IMG/VR virus record: IMGVR_UViG_2816332320_000003 | Coordinates: 99,173 to 163,172 of that record | Strand: one strand, 5' to 3' | Origin: a virus | Taxonomy: Duplodnaviria > Caudoviricetes | DNA length: 64,000 nucleotides | Part shown: positions 46,967 to 57,082 of the stretch, piece after piece | Layout of the letters: each line of letters begins with the position of its first letter | How positions within the stretch are numbered: the stretch's first letter is position 1 | Translations under genes and position numbers: made by a program | The notes under the pieces: model-generated | The model's database searches: none | Told to the model about the DNA's origin: nothing | Seen by the model: only the letters and a program-made list of their open reading frames with translations

Positions 46967-47777
46967 TGTACACACCTGCATTTTCGGTTTCTTTGATTCC
47001 TTGAATGTACTGTAGTTCCACTTGCTTACGTTTCAATAACCTTGCAATGAATTCAACTCCTTTTGGCGTAACCAATGTTTGTTGTGAAATTCCCATACCA
47101 GAAGATGATCTAACAGGTACATCAATTACCTTAAAATAACCCTTATCAATGTATGTTTGTTGTGGAAGGTTTCTTTTGTAGGGGCAACTTGAATCCATCA
47201 GTATCTTCTCTTCTCGAAGAAAAGAGTATAATCGGTTTCTTCCCCACTCTAGAGATTTAGCGATTTGACTCATGTTTTGATAACCTTCTGCACTCATTAG
47301 GGTGTCATACATTTCGACCTTTGGCTGTTGTTCTGATATTGTCAATTGAAGCTGTTCATTCTCTTCAACTTTTGCAACAAGTTCAATTAGTGCTTCTTTA
47401 TATGTTGAAGGCAACTTGAATTGTTCTGAATGACTTGGGAGTATGTATTGTCCAGTCTGACGTATTAATGGTAGTACTTCATGTGTTACCCAACGTTTAA
47501 ATGCTTTTGCTTCTGGTTTGCGTGATGTGAGTATAAGCGAGTATAAACCTGCTTCGTTTATAATATGTGATTCCTGTGTTCTGCCTAGTGAGTCTGTGAT
47601 GCCCATAGTAAGGGCTTCATCTTCATCTAACCTAGAGACTGCATTACGTGATTTCTCAATACCTAGTATATAACAAACATCTTTTGCAACGAACCAAGGT
47701 TGATCATTCACTAGCACTACTCTAACCTCATTAGAATAATAGTTGAAGGTTTGATCAAATTGACTCACATTAACCAT
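46950..47777 (-). CDS. phage antirepressor (BRO-N + KilAC/ANT)
   Basis: PWFVAKDVC, SRKPEAKAFKRWVTHEVLP, GRNRL..FLR and VTPKG motifs. Confidence 0.92.
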   Translation of the reverse strand: MVNVSQFDQTFNYYSNEVRVVLVNDQPWFVAKDVCYILGIEKSRNAVSRLDEDEALTMGITDSLGRTQESHIINEAGLYSLILTSRKPEAKAFKRWVTHEVLPLIRQTGQYILPSHSEQFKLPSTYKEALIELVAKVEENEQLQLTISEQQPKVEMYDTLMSAEGYQNMSQIAKSLEWGRNRLYSFLREEKILMDSSCPYKRNLPQQTYIDKGYFKVIDVPVRSSSGMGISQQTLVTPKGVEFIARLLKRKQVELQYIQGIKETENAGVYNEYNL

Positions 47778-47792
47778 CTCCTTTTGTTTATT

Positions 47793-47851
47793 GTGTTCAT
47801 AAAGAACACTATTTGTTTTTCATTATAGGTGTTCACTATGAACACGGTCAA
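47793..47851. promoter_or_regulatory. two GTGTTC-N5-GAACAC operators and antirepressor promoter
   Basis: Palindromes at 47793-47809 and 47829-47845; minus-strand TTGACC-18-TATAAT (47851-47822). Confidence 0.75.
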
Positions 47852-47863
47852 GGAGAATTTTTC

Positions 47864-48091
47864 ATGTTACATCCTGTTTTCTCTGAACGAATTATGAAAT
47901 TGAGAAAAGATAACAATCTTACTCTTGAAAAAATGGGTGAGATTATTGGGCTTACAAAAAGTTCCGTTGGGAACATTGAAAAAATGAGAAAGCCTGTAAG
48001 CTTAGAGGTTGTTTACAAAACTGCCGAGCACTTTAACGTCTCTATAGATTACCTACTCGGAAGAACAGATAATCCTCAACTTAACAAATGA
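47864..48091 (+). CDS. XRE-family HTH repressor
   Basis: LRKDNNLTLEKMGEIIGLTKSSVGNIE..FNVSIDYLLGRTD. Confidence 0.9.
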   Translation: MLHPVFSERIMKLRKDNNLTLEKMGEIIGLTKSSVGNIEKMRKPVSLEVVYKTAEHFNVSIDYLLGRTDNPQLNK

Positions 48092-48142
48092 TATTATAAA
48101 TGGTAAAATCCTCCTAGTATAAACTAAGGGAGGATTTTCTTA

Positions 48143-48946
48143 ATGAAAAGATTGATACTTTCTCTTATATTAATTGTTCTTCTAACAGGTTGTGGCGCTC
48201 CTAAGCTTGAAGTTAAACTGGAAACAAAGATAGAACGAACAGATGATAACAAAGCAAAAGTCGTTATTACGTCTAATTTACCTGATGAAACTGAATTTAT
48301 GATTAATGTTTCAGGTAAGAATGGTTATGTCGCACAAGAAAAAGGAAAAATCATTAATGGAAATTATTCATCTAGCTTCTTTTCTGACAAGGGTAAATCT
48401 TTAAGGTCTGGTGACTATCAATATGAAATTGTTACGCCTGTTACCAATACGCAAAGTGAATCAGTAAAAAGCATCTTTGGTGAAAAAGGAGTTAACCTTA
48501 TTGGCAGTAATATTAAACATGATACTTCCATAGATGAGAATATCGTGTATTATTCATCTAACTTCAACATTGTAAATAAGGTTGATAATGAATACAGAGA
48601 ATGGATTAAAATGCACAATATTCGAATTCAGGCTCAAGTTATCTTTTTCTTAGGTGTGCTAGTAGAACAAGAAGGACAGATTGTTTCATCTCCTGAGATG
48701 TATCAAACATTAACACTATTTGAAACATTAGCAGATGAAGCGTTGAATAGAAATACAAACGATGAAGATTTAATCTCTCTTGATGAAAAATACAAAGCAA
48801 GTATGAAAGAGTTTAAAGAGATGTGCAACAAAATCTTAGAAGGCACTACAACATCTAATAATTTACTCATCATTGAAGGAGTTAAACACTTTGATAATGG
48901 AGAGAAGTTGCTAGATGAAGTATCGACGTTAATTAAACAATTGTAA
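48143..48946 (+). CDS. lipoprotein
   Basis: Lipobox LTGC after a basic/hydrophobic signal peptide. Confidence 0.8.
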   Translation: MKRLILSLILIVLLTGCGAPKLEVKLETKIERTDDNKAKVVITSNLPDETEFMINVSGKNGYVAQEKGKIINGNYSSSFFSDKGKSLRSGDYQYEIVTPVTNTQSESVKSIFGEKGVNLIGSNIKHDTSIDENIVYYSSNFNIVNKVDNEYREWIKMHNIRIQAQVIFFLGVLVEQEGQIVSSPEMYQTLTLFETLADEALNRNTNDEDLISLDEKYKASMKEFKEMCNKILEGTTTSNNLLIIEGVKHFDNGEKLLDEVSTLIKQL

Positions 48947-49041
48947 GTTTTTACATATTTTCAAACCCTCCCCTACTCCTTTGTAGGGGTTTTTATTATG
49001 CATTTATTTAATGGCAATGTTGAACTAAGGAGGAAAATTCT

Positions 49042-49332
49042 ATGCAAAAAATTTTTGCACCAAAATCCAGTGTCATTTTTCTTTCTACACTTCTAATATT
49101 GTTGATGATTAGAATAGTCCAAACTGACCTACATCATGCAGAGATTACAGAGCAATATAAAAAACAAAACGAAATATTAGTAGAGCTAAATAAAATTAAC
49201 TATGAGCAGATTTCAGTAAAAGATAAAATTATTGAACTTAAAGAACAACAAATTGAACTTAAAAATCAACGAATTGCTCAATTAGAGTCTTTTATTCATC
49301 AAGCTCAAACGAAATCAACTAATCAAAATTAG
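49042..49332 (+). CDS. single-TM coiled-coil protein
   Basis: N-terminal TM segment, heptad repeats, RBS AAGGAGG. Confidence 0.7.
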   Translation: MQKIFAPKSSVIFLSTLLILLMIRIVQTDLHHAEITEQYKKQNEILVELNKINYEQISVKDKIIELKEQQIELKNQRIAQLESFIHQAQTKSTNQN

Positions 49333-49449
49333 TAATCCTTTTCTAATGCAAACCCAATCAAACATGAATTTTATCGAATTTTTACACCCATATATAGCGT
49401 CTGATGATTTCAGTATAACTATATATAGATAAAATAAGGTGGTGAATAA

Positions 49450-49878
49450 ATGCCAGCAGTGGCTTTTAACGGTAGTAAAACGGTAGACGTTAGGACAAAC
49501 GACATTAATTATCGTGTATGGGATTCATGCCATCATACAGTAGGTGATCCTCCAAGATGCGTAGGAGATTATTGGTATTATTCAGGTGGTAGTTCAACTA
49601 TTCATGGCACAGTGGTAGCAACTTCTCCTAATGTCTTTGTGAATGGGAAACCTTTGGCAAGACAAAACGACAACGTAACTGAAACTGAAACTCCAAGTGT
49701 CAGTGGAGAGCCTATAAGCAATCATACAGGTGGTACGGGAAAAGTAACTATTGGAAATACCAGAAATGTATATTCAGGTGGACTTCTGGTTGCCACGGTT
49801 GGCAGCACTGTCAAAACACACTCTACTCCTACTACCACAATTGCTGATGGATCTTCAAACGTTTTTATAGGTGGTTAA
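49450..49878 (+). CDS. PAAR-like spike tip protein
   Basis: MPAVA..G; SPNVFVNGKPLARQND; H..; I.DGSSNVFIGG. Confidence 0.8.
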   Translation: MPAVAFNGSKTVDVRTNDINYRVWDSCHHTVGDPPRCVGDYWYYSGGSSTIHGTVVATSPNVFVNGKPLARQNDNVTETETPSVSGEPISNHTGGTGKVTIGNTRNVYSGGLLVATVGSTVKTHSTPTTTIADGSSNVFIGG

Positions 49879-49890
49879 GGGAGGTGAACC

Positions 49891-51099
49891 ATGCAAGCAA
49901 AACTATACGACCAATATAACGACTCAATTCGTATCTTATGGCGCAGTGGGGATATTCATGATCCTCTTGTAGATATGACAGAATCTCTGAAAATCATTAA
50001 CAATCGCATTGTATTGTCAGAAATTCCTACAGAGTTTCATCGAGTTATCATTAATGGCTACACTGAAATTGATCAAAGGAAACCTGCTGCTAAGAAAATC
50101 CCTGATGAAAAAGACTTCATTGTAAATTATTCGAACGGGATTATTGACTTTCATGCATCTCAAGAGGGGAAAACGGTTGTTGCCATATACAAAGGTCGTG
50201 GAATGATTCAATATCCTGCCTCTCGTATTTGGGCGCATTACCCCAATCCTGATGTCGTCTTAAACTTACAACAGATCATCGAAATATCCCATCAAAGAAT
50301 AGAAGAGATTATCAGAGTTACGAATGAAGCAATCCAAGCAACAAATAGGGCGAATATCGCTGCTGAAGGTGCAATTATTGCTACTGGTAAAGCTAATCAG
50401 GCGGCTGATGCTGCTGTTTCTGCAACGAATACTGCTATTGATGCAAGTAAAAGAGCTGACGAAAGTGCCAAGTTTGCCAATAATGCCGCACTAACGACTC
50501 GGCTTATTTGGCTTGAACCTGTTCCAAAGTACGATGATATAACAACCGCCTACCCTAATCCTGAAATTGGATCAACCACAATGGTGTTAGAAACTGGTGC
50601 TAGATATCGATATGAAGGAAATGGTGTTTGGCGACAGATAGATAATTATACTCGTGGCTCCATTCCCCTCGCCTCTTCTGTTGTTGACGGATTAATGAGT
50701 AAAGAAGATTACACATTAACACATGACAAATTGAAACATAGACAAATTATCTTTGTGATGCCTGTTATTACTGATATAAACGAACAAAAGATATACATTC
50801 CTCCCCTTGAGTATGATGCTAGTATTTCATCTATTACAGCAATTTGTGGCACACCTGTGGCATCTGGAAGAACAGCTCTTTACATAGAGAAAAACAATAT
50901 TGCCAATTTAGGTAATGCTTCTGTGCCTTGGGAAAGACTTAGTGCACAACCAATTGTGTTTGATGTAAATGAATATAAAGCTTTTGTGCCCCCGTTAACA
51001 ATAACTGATGTTGCTAAAGGAGATATTTTCCGAGCTTTTGTTGAGGATTTCGATCCTTCACATGAAGGCATCTCGATAACATTGAATATTGAATTATAA
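49891..51099 (+). CDS. YomF-like tail protein
   Basis: DPLVDMTESLKI.NNRIVLSEIP; F.VNYSNG; Ala-rich coil; GLMSKED. Confidence 0.7.
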   Translation: MQAKLYDQYNDSIRILWRSGDIHDPLVDMTESLKIINNRIVLSEIPTEFHRVIINGYTEIDQRKPAAKKIPDEKDFIVNYSNGIIDFHASQEGKTVVAIYKGRGMIQYPASRIWAHYPNPDVVLNLQQIIEISHQRIEEIIRVTNEAIQATNRANIAAEGAIIATGKANQAADAAVSATNTAIDASKRADESAKFANNAALTTRLIWLEPVPKYDDITTAYPNPEIGSTTMVLETGARYRYEGNGVWRQIDNYTRGSIPLASSVVDGLMSKEDYTLTHDKLKHRQIIFVMPVITDINEQKIYIPPLEYDASISSITAICGTPVASGRTALYIEKNNIANLGNASVPWERLSAQPIVFDVNEYKAFVPPLTITDVAKGDIFRAFVEDFDPSHEGISITLNIEL

Positions 51100-51124
51100 C
51101 TAAAAATATAAGGAGGTATAATAA

Positions 51125-51625
51125 ATGGCAGATCCAAAAGTAACGTGGAGAACTGGCGACAACATTTCCGACTTGAAAGAACTTGCTGGTGGCGCAGGAA
51201 ATGTTGCATGGAATCTAGGAACAGTACAGTCCAATTCCGAATCGACTCCTTTTAAAGTTTTGATTTGGAATAACTATGGCGATGCAAACAATGATGTGTC
51301 GAATATGAATGATTGTGTTATTACGACTGTTGATACATCTGGCGGTTCAAATAGTCCTGTTGTTACAGGTAAATGGATTTACACGAAAGTAATCTCAAAC
51401 AGCGAAGTGAATTTCAGTCCTATTGGTGGAAATGGAATCAATGATGGAAGAATGATTAAAGCCAGTGGGCAACCTAGTGGAGTAATCAAAGGCTCCAAAA
51501 ATACAGGAGACAAAGCAGCTAGTGCAGCAAACTTCGCAGAAGTTGAATTGAAGGCTATTTTGGGATTGAATGTTCAGGCTGGAACGCATCTGTTCAATGT
51601 ACGTTGCTCTTATACTTTTACTTAA
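51125..51625 (+). CDS. tail structural protein
   Basis: W.LG.V...IWNN motif; strong RBS; followed by terminator 51655-51681. Confidence 0.6.
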   Translation: MADPKVTWRTGDNISDLKELAGGAGNVAWNLGTVQSNSESTPFKVLIWNNYGDANNDVSNMNDCVITTVDTSGGSNSPVVTGKWIYTKVISNSEVNFSPIGGNGINDGRMIKASGQPSGVIKGSKNTGDKAASAANFAEVELKAILGLNVQAGTHLFNVRCSYTFT

Positions 51626-51701
51626 TAACTAAAATTATACTATAATATTTTATTGGGTTGCTTGAATAAGCAGCCCTTTTTAGTTTGGAGGAAACAATAC
51701 A

Positions 51702-52295
51702 ATGTTGCCACTATACTCCCCAACTCAGCTCAGAGACTTTATTTGGGTAGCCCAATATACAGATGGCTCATTTTTAGCTGAATTCGATCATTTTACCAAA
51801 AAGAAAAATGATTTTTATTCTATCCGCAAACAAGACTTGATTAGATTTGGATTAACAGGACACGGTTTCCACTTTTATTATGATGTATTCGGTGGCAGTT
51901 TTCATTTGCCACAAGGAAAGTTTGACTTTATTTATAAGCATGGCGATAAAGAATTGAAATTGACAGAAAATCCACTTTGTTATAACGATATCATCACTTA
52001 TAAGCAAGCAATTTCCACTTTAAATCCATTAGACATTCAAAACAGCTCTCCATCTCAAATCATTAAGTATGTCTTTGGCTTTAAGGAAAAGCTGACATTT
52101 CAAGAAGTGAATATGAATGTAAAAATTCAGTTTGTAATTCCTTTTTGCTCACCTATGTTTATATCTATTGAGCTAGTAGCCAACGAAGAAATGGACGGTA
52201 TGTTACAGATTTTGCAAAACAACACCGTAATTGAAGAATTGCATGCTCCACTCTTAAAAAATGTTAGTGGCGAAGTTAATTGGGTGGTGAATTAA
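51702..52295 (+). CDS. tail region protein
   Basis: W.A.Y.DG..L.EFD pattern; operonic position. Confidence 0.55.
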   Translation: MLPLYSPTQLRDFIWVAQYTDGSFLAEFDHFTKKKNDFYSIRKQDLIRFGLTGHGFHFYYDVFGGSFHLPQGKFDFIYKHGDKELKLTENPLCYNDIITYKQAISTLNPLDIQNSSPSQIIKYVFGFKEKLTFQEVNMNVKIQFVIPFCSPMFISIELVANEEMDGMLQILQNNTVIEELHAPLLKNVSGEVNWVVN

Positions 52296-52964
52296 ATGCC
52301 TCTATTTTACTCACAGAATGTAATTAATGATGGTGTTAACGGTAAGAGCAATGGAAGTGGCTATTATTACACTTCAACTAACTCTTGGGTTCATGCCTTT
52401 AATGGCATTACTAGTTCAGGTGGCTGGATGCATGATAAAATAGCAAATCAGTGGATTTCCTATCAATTTAATACGCCCATTGCCATATCAAGATATGCGA
52501 TTTATGGATCTACTAATCCAAGTTATAGTCCTAAACAGTGGGTATTCCAAGGAAGTGTAAATGGCACATCTTGGGTCAATTTAGATAGCAGAGATGGTCA
52601 AACTAACTGGACTGGACTAGGAAGAAGAATATTTGATTTTGAAGTAGAGAACACAACTAAATATTCCCACTATCGTTTGCTCGTTCTCGATTCCAATTCG
52701 ACAAGTTATGTCAGCGTTTGTGAATTAGAGATGATGACTGTCACTGGACGAGAATTAGAAATTACAATTCCAAAGAAAGAGTTATCTGTTCCAAAGAACA
52801 CAGATGCTACATTCTCTTTCTCGATTTCACCAACTATTAGGACAGAAGATGTTTCTGTTTCTACCCAAATGTTGAATCAAGGACAAGTAGGTACAGGCAC
52901 ACAGTTCTCTCAAGTTCTAGATAAAGACAAATGGACTATAATCAAAGGGATACTAGTTCAATAA
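52296..52964 (+). CDS. discoidin (F5/8 type C) domain tail protein
   Basis: AFNG..W..QWISYQF..PKQW.FQGS.NG..W..LD..Y..YRL. Confidence 0.8.
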   Translation: MPLFYSQNVINDGVNGKSNGSGYYYTSTNSWVHAFNGITSSGGWMHDKIANQWISYQFNTPIAISRYAIYGSTNPSYSPKQWVFQGSVNGTSWVNLDSRDGQTNWTGLGRRIFDFEVENTTKYSHYRLLVLDSNSTSYVSVCELEMMTVTGRELEITIPKKELSVPKNTDATFSFSISPTIRTEDVSVSTQMLNQGQVGTGTQFSQVLDKDKWTIIKGILVQ

Positions 52965-52978
52965 GGAGGGATTGATGC

Positions 52979-55183
52979 ATGTCAGGATATGCTTTAAATT
53001 TTGATGGAACGTCTATGATGCTACCTCAGAAAAATATTACGTTTGGGGCAACATGGACTATTGAAATGTGGATTAAACCAGTTAATTTTGACTTTGGTAG
53101 TTTATTTGGTATTTATCCTACTTTTCAGTCTACAATTAATGGCAATGGGTATATTATTTTATCAAATTCGTCTGGCAATAATCTTAACTTTGGTGGTATT
53201 CTTACAAATCAAGTTTGGCAGCATATTGCAATTACTCATTCAAATGGGTCGGTAGTCTTATATAGAAACGGTGAGCAAGCTGGTAGTGGTAGTTTAAATT
53301 TGAACGTGGGAAGCATTCAATGTTATATTGCAGGAAGACCTAATCATAATCCCGTAAACTTGCCGGGTGCCTATCGATTTAAAGGTCTTATGGATGAAGT
53401 AAGGATTTGGAATACGGCGAGAACGCAAGATCAAATAAGTAAAAATATGAAAAAAAGGCTTCTTGGTACTGAAGTTGGACTTCAATCTCTATGGACATTT
53501 GATGAGGGGACTGGGACGCCAAAAGATTTAACAAGTACTGCAAATCATCTTAATTGGGTAGGAAATGGTGGAACTTGGAATCCCCCAACCTACATGGAAA
53601 GCGAAATAGATTTTTTTAAAGAAAAGTATTTGATCAAAGATAATGATACGATAAAAACTTACAAAAATGGCTCTTGGAAACCACTAGGTTCAACCACTAC
53701 TGATGCGATGTATTTAAGTGAAGGTCTGGACAAGCTAGATGAAATTCTTGATCCTGCAAATAATGCTATCTCTCAACTGACCAGTCGTAAGCCAGAATTG
53801 TTATTTTGGCATGATAAAAAGCCTGAATCCACGCCAAACACTGTCATACCAACGATGACATCTAATACAACTCCAAGTGGAATCGCAAGCGCATCTTCCG
53901 TGTTAATTCCTAGCAGGTACGATGCATGGCAAGCATTCACTCCAGATGCAGCAGTTGAGGGCTGTTGGTATTCAAGTAAAGTTCCAACACCAAGTACCCC
54001 TGAGATGTTAACGTATGAGTTTCCCACTCCCAAAATCATCTCACGTATTAGAATCAGAGGCTCCTCTAATATTAATGCAAGCCCAAAAGACTTTGATTTT
54101 ATTGCTTGGGACGGAAGTCAGTGGATTGTTCTTTTAAGTGTAACTAATTCTACAGGGTGGGTAAATACAACACCAAGAGCTTGGGACATTCCTAACACTA
54201 CTCCTTATCAAAAATACGGGATTAGAGTATATCGTGTAGATGGAAGTCAAGATTATGTATCCATTGGATTTCTAGAAATGTTCGCTTCGGACGTAATTAA
54301 AGTTGCTACAATATCGGGTATACCTTCATCTAAATATCGATACAAAGTGGATTTCAATAATACGCACACCTTAAAAGATTGGACAGAACTTACTGATCAA
54401 AAAGTGAGTGATTCTGTTCTTATTTCTAGTGCATATTTAAATTCTATTAGTCCCTATAAAATTACCGTAATAGCTGAAGAAGCTTTTAATTCAGCCTTAA
54501 CTACTAACTATGGCACAATTACTTTATATGATACTGAGCCAACACTGATTGCTACTGTTAAAGGTCAGAAGTTGCACCTTCAGATCGGGGATAATGAATT
54601 AGATAAGGTTAGATTTAAGGTTAGTATCAATAAGAAACAAGTACATCCAGCAACAGGTGATTTCACTCCACTCATTCAAGCACCTACAACATTTGAATAT
54701 TTTATTAATGCTAGTGATATCACCCTTGGCGGGATGAATCTGCTTGAAATTATTGCAGAAGATGAATTTGGTAAAGCCAGTAGTCTTGCTATAAACTTTC
54801 TTGGGGATTATTCAGGACTAATGTTTGTAGATGAAAACGGTAAATACTTTTCTGATAATATTGGCAATGTCTTAAACTTTATGGATTTTGGACGTATTAC
54901 AGGTGGACAAACTACTCTTCCCAAGAAGGTTCGTGTTGTAAATAAAAATGGCTTCCCCATTCATAATTTACTGTTAACGATGAATGCAGGTGCAAACAAC
55001 TCCAAATCAGTAATTCAACTATCCAAAACAGACTCCCCTTTTACACCTGAAGATCAGATATCATACACTCGAACCATTGAAGACGAGCAAGAAGTTCCTG
55101 TTTTTGTTCGAGTAGTAACTAATAAGGATGATAAACCTCATAGCGGAACCTTTGAGATAGTCGTCAATGCTGACCCAGTGTAA
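52979..55183 (+). CDS. LamG + discoidin domain tail/receptor-binding protein
   Basis: TIEMWIKP, WQHIAIT and FKGLMDEVRIWN.AR (LamG); PTMTSNTTPSGIASASS (discoidin). Confidence 0.85.
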   Translation: MSGYALNFDGTSMMLPQKNITFGATWTIEMWIKPVNFDFGSLFGIYPTFQSTINGNGYIILSNSSGNNLNFGGILTNQVWQHIAITHSNGSVVLYRNGEQAGSGSLNLNVGSIQCYIAGRPNHNPVNLPGAYRFKGLMDEVRIWNTARTQDQISKNMKKRLLGTEVGLQSLWTFDEGTGTPKDLTSTANHLNWVGNGGTWNPPTYMESEIDFFKEKYLIKDNDTIKTYKNGSWKPLGSTTTDAMYLSEGLDKLDEILDPANNAISQLTSRKPELLFWHDKKPESTPNTVIPTMTSNTTPSGIASASSVLIPSRYDAWQAFTPDAAVEGCWYSSKVPTPSTPEMLTYEFPTPKIISRIRIRGSSNINASPKDFDFIAWDGSQWIVLLSVTNSTGWVNTTPRAWDIPNTTPYQKYGIRVYRVDGSQDYVSIGFLEMFASDVIKVATISGIPSSKYRYKVDFNNTHTLKDWTELTDQKVSDSVLISSAYLNSISPYKITVIAEEAFNSALTTNYGTITLYDTEPTLIATVKGQKLHLQIGDNELDKVRFKVSINKKQVHPATGDFTPLIQAPTTFEYFINASDITLGGMNLLEIIAEDEFGKASSLAINFLGDYSGLMFVDENGKYFSDNIGNVLNFMDFGRITGGQTTLPKKVRVVNKNGFPIHNLLLTMNAGANNSKSVIQLSKTDSPFTPEDQISYTRTIEDEQEVPVFVRVVTNKDDKPHSGTFEIVVNADPV

Positions 55184-55213
55184 TTCTCAATACAATGAGA
55201 AGGTTGTGCGTGA

Positions 55214-56587
55214 ATGAATAATAAAATGTCAGGTAAGTTTCTTGTGTGGGGATACAGGGAAGATGACATTTTATCTAGCATCTCTGTGAAAATTGGTGGG
55301 AACAATGACTTAATCAGCTTCATCACTGTTCCACCAGTTAATCGCATGGTAGGTAAATTTGATGTCCTTGAAAGACCACTTGAGAGATTCTACCTCAATC
55401 CAGTGAAAGATAGTACCATCCGCGAAAACCTACCAACTTTAAACTATGGTACTGATCGAGGCATGCTGGTTGGGAGAGATGAGAATAATGGGGAAATTTT
55501 CCGATCCCTCATTCAGTTTGATTTATCTTCTATCCCAGTAAATAAAGTGTTAAAAAAAGCCATATTGCGTGTATATAATAGTCCTTTCTCAAGGGATATG
55601 GACTTATCTATTTTCAATCTTTTATCCAATTGGCAAGAGAAAGATGTAACATGGGCAAATCAACCACCACAAGGCGACAAGATAGTTACAAAGAACATAG
55701 GTCTATCGCAAAGTGGTTTTATTGAAATTGACATTACCAATTTAGCGGCAAAATGGTATCAAAAATCCATTCCGAATTATGGACTTTTTCTATGCTCAGA
55801 AGACGAAACTAAACTAGCTTCAATCTTGTTTGGAACTAGGGAATCTACTAATCCTCCTGAGCTTGAGTTGGGATTTGAATTACCTATAATTAATGACGGA
55901 GAGAGTAAATTAGAGTCATCAATCACTGTGCAAGTGTTAAGTGAAGATGAGCTGCTCTCAAAGATTCATGTAATTAGTAATTATCGAGAAGAAATCCTAC
56001 GTTCTTTGATTCGAGTCGAAAAGAAAACAGCAGAAAACCTTCTTTCAGCTAAATTAAATGTTGAAGTTAAAAATAACAGTTCTATTTTATCTTCAATACA
56101 GATCAATAAGATTGAAGATTCTTCTAGTCTACAATCCATGATTGTTATTCCAGATTCATCCGATCTCTTATCATCTTTTACAGTAAAGAAGATTGAGAAG
56201 TCAGATTCTTTGTTAAGCTCGATAAGTGTTAGGAAAAACGAACACTTACTCTCTTCTCTCACCGTCGAAAAGATTTCTGGTCACTCTGATCTGTTGTTAG
56301 CATTAAGTGTTCGTGGTAATGATCATCTGGCTTCTTCCATTACAATTCCTCACAGAAATGACCTTTTGAGTAGAATCAGAGTTGAATATGTAAACGAATT
56401 GTCTGCATCCATCTATGTCAAATACTCAGATGACTTATTAAGTCAAATGAACGTAATTGGACGTGAACAAAATGACTTGCATAGCTCGATTACTGTACAA
56501 GTTAAAATGGCATCAGATTTACTTTCAAGCATGAGGGTTGTTGACGTAAGCAGTAAAAGCAATTATCAATATGCATTTATTATCTAG
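55214..56587 (+). CDS. DNRLRE/CBM96-like domain protein with C-terminal L.SSI.V repeats
   Basis: RSLIQFDLSSIP..A.LRVY, W.E..VTWANQP, NYG..L and P.LEL motifs. Confidence 0.75.
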   Translation: MNNKMSGKFLVWGYREDDILSSISVKIGGNNDLISFITVPPVNRMVGKFDVLERPLERFYLNPVKDSTIRENLPTLNYGTDRGMLVGRDENNGEIFRSLIQFDLSSIPVNKVLKKAILRVYNSPFSRDMDLSIFNLLSNWQEKDVTWANQPPQGDKIVTKNIGLSQSGFIEIDITNLAAKWYQKSIPNYGLFLCSEDETKLASILFGTRESTNPPELELGFELPIINDGESKLESSITVQVLSEDELLSKIHVISNYREEILRSLIRVEKKTAENLLSAKLNVEVKNNSSILSSIQINKIEDSSSLQSMIVIPDSSDLLSSFTVKKIEKSDSLLSSISVRKNEHLLSSLTVEKISGHSDLLLALSVRGNDHLASSITIPHRNDLLSRIRVEYVNELSASIYVKYSDDLLSQMNVIGREQNDLHSSITVQVKMASDLLSSMRVVDVSSKSNYQYAFII

Positions 56588-56611
56588 AGAGGGCTTCCCC
56601 TCTCTTTTTTT
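56586..56611 (+). terminator. intrinsic terminator
   Basis: AGAGAGGG-CTTC-CCCTCTCT followed by a T tract. Confidence 0.7.
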
Positions 56612-56623
56612 ATTTGAAAGGCA

Positions 56624-57073
56624 GTGAGTAAAATGTCTCCCACTCCATCCATTGATGCCTTAGTCGTTAAGGTTCAAAACTTAGAAAAAACTGTGGATGA
56701 AATCAAAATTGAAAGGAGGGAAAGTCAAAAGATACTTGTTGATACCTTGAAATCACTTCAAGAGAATGCCGTTCGTCAAACGACAATTATGGAAGTAATG
56801 GAGGAACGAGCGAAGCAGCAAGATGTTCGCCTTGACAAAATGGATGAAAAATTAGATCAGGTCAATATTGACGTTCAAACTATTAAAGTCAGAAGTGAAA
56901 CAATGTTATCAGAAGATAAGAATGAGTTTGATAAGGACAGCAAATCCACTTGGTATCAAAACTTCATTTCTAACAACCAAAAGTTCATTTGGGTTATTGT
57001 TCTGATTACTCTCGGGGTAGCCTTGGGTCTAAAAGTACCAGAAATCATGTCATTCTTAAAAATTTTCATTTAG
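56624..57073 (+). CDS. XhlA/BhlA-like lysis membrane protein
   Basis: Coiled coil plus C-terminal TM segment, upstream of the endolysin. Confidence 0.6.
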   Translation: MSKMSPTPSIDALVVKVQNLEKTVDEIKIERRESQKILVDTLKSLQENAVRQTTIMEVMEERAKQQDVRLDKMDEKLDQVNIDVQTIKVRSETMLSEDKNEFDKDSKSTWYQNFISNNQKFIWVIVLITLGVALGLKVPEIMSFLKIFI

Positions 57074-57082
57074 GAGGCAATC

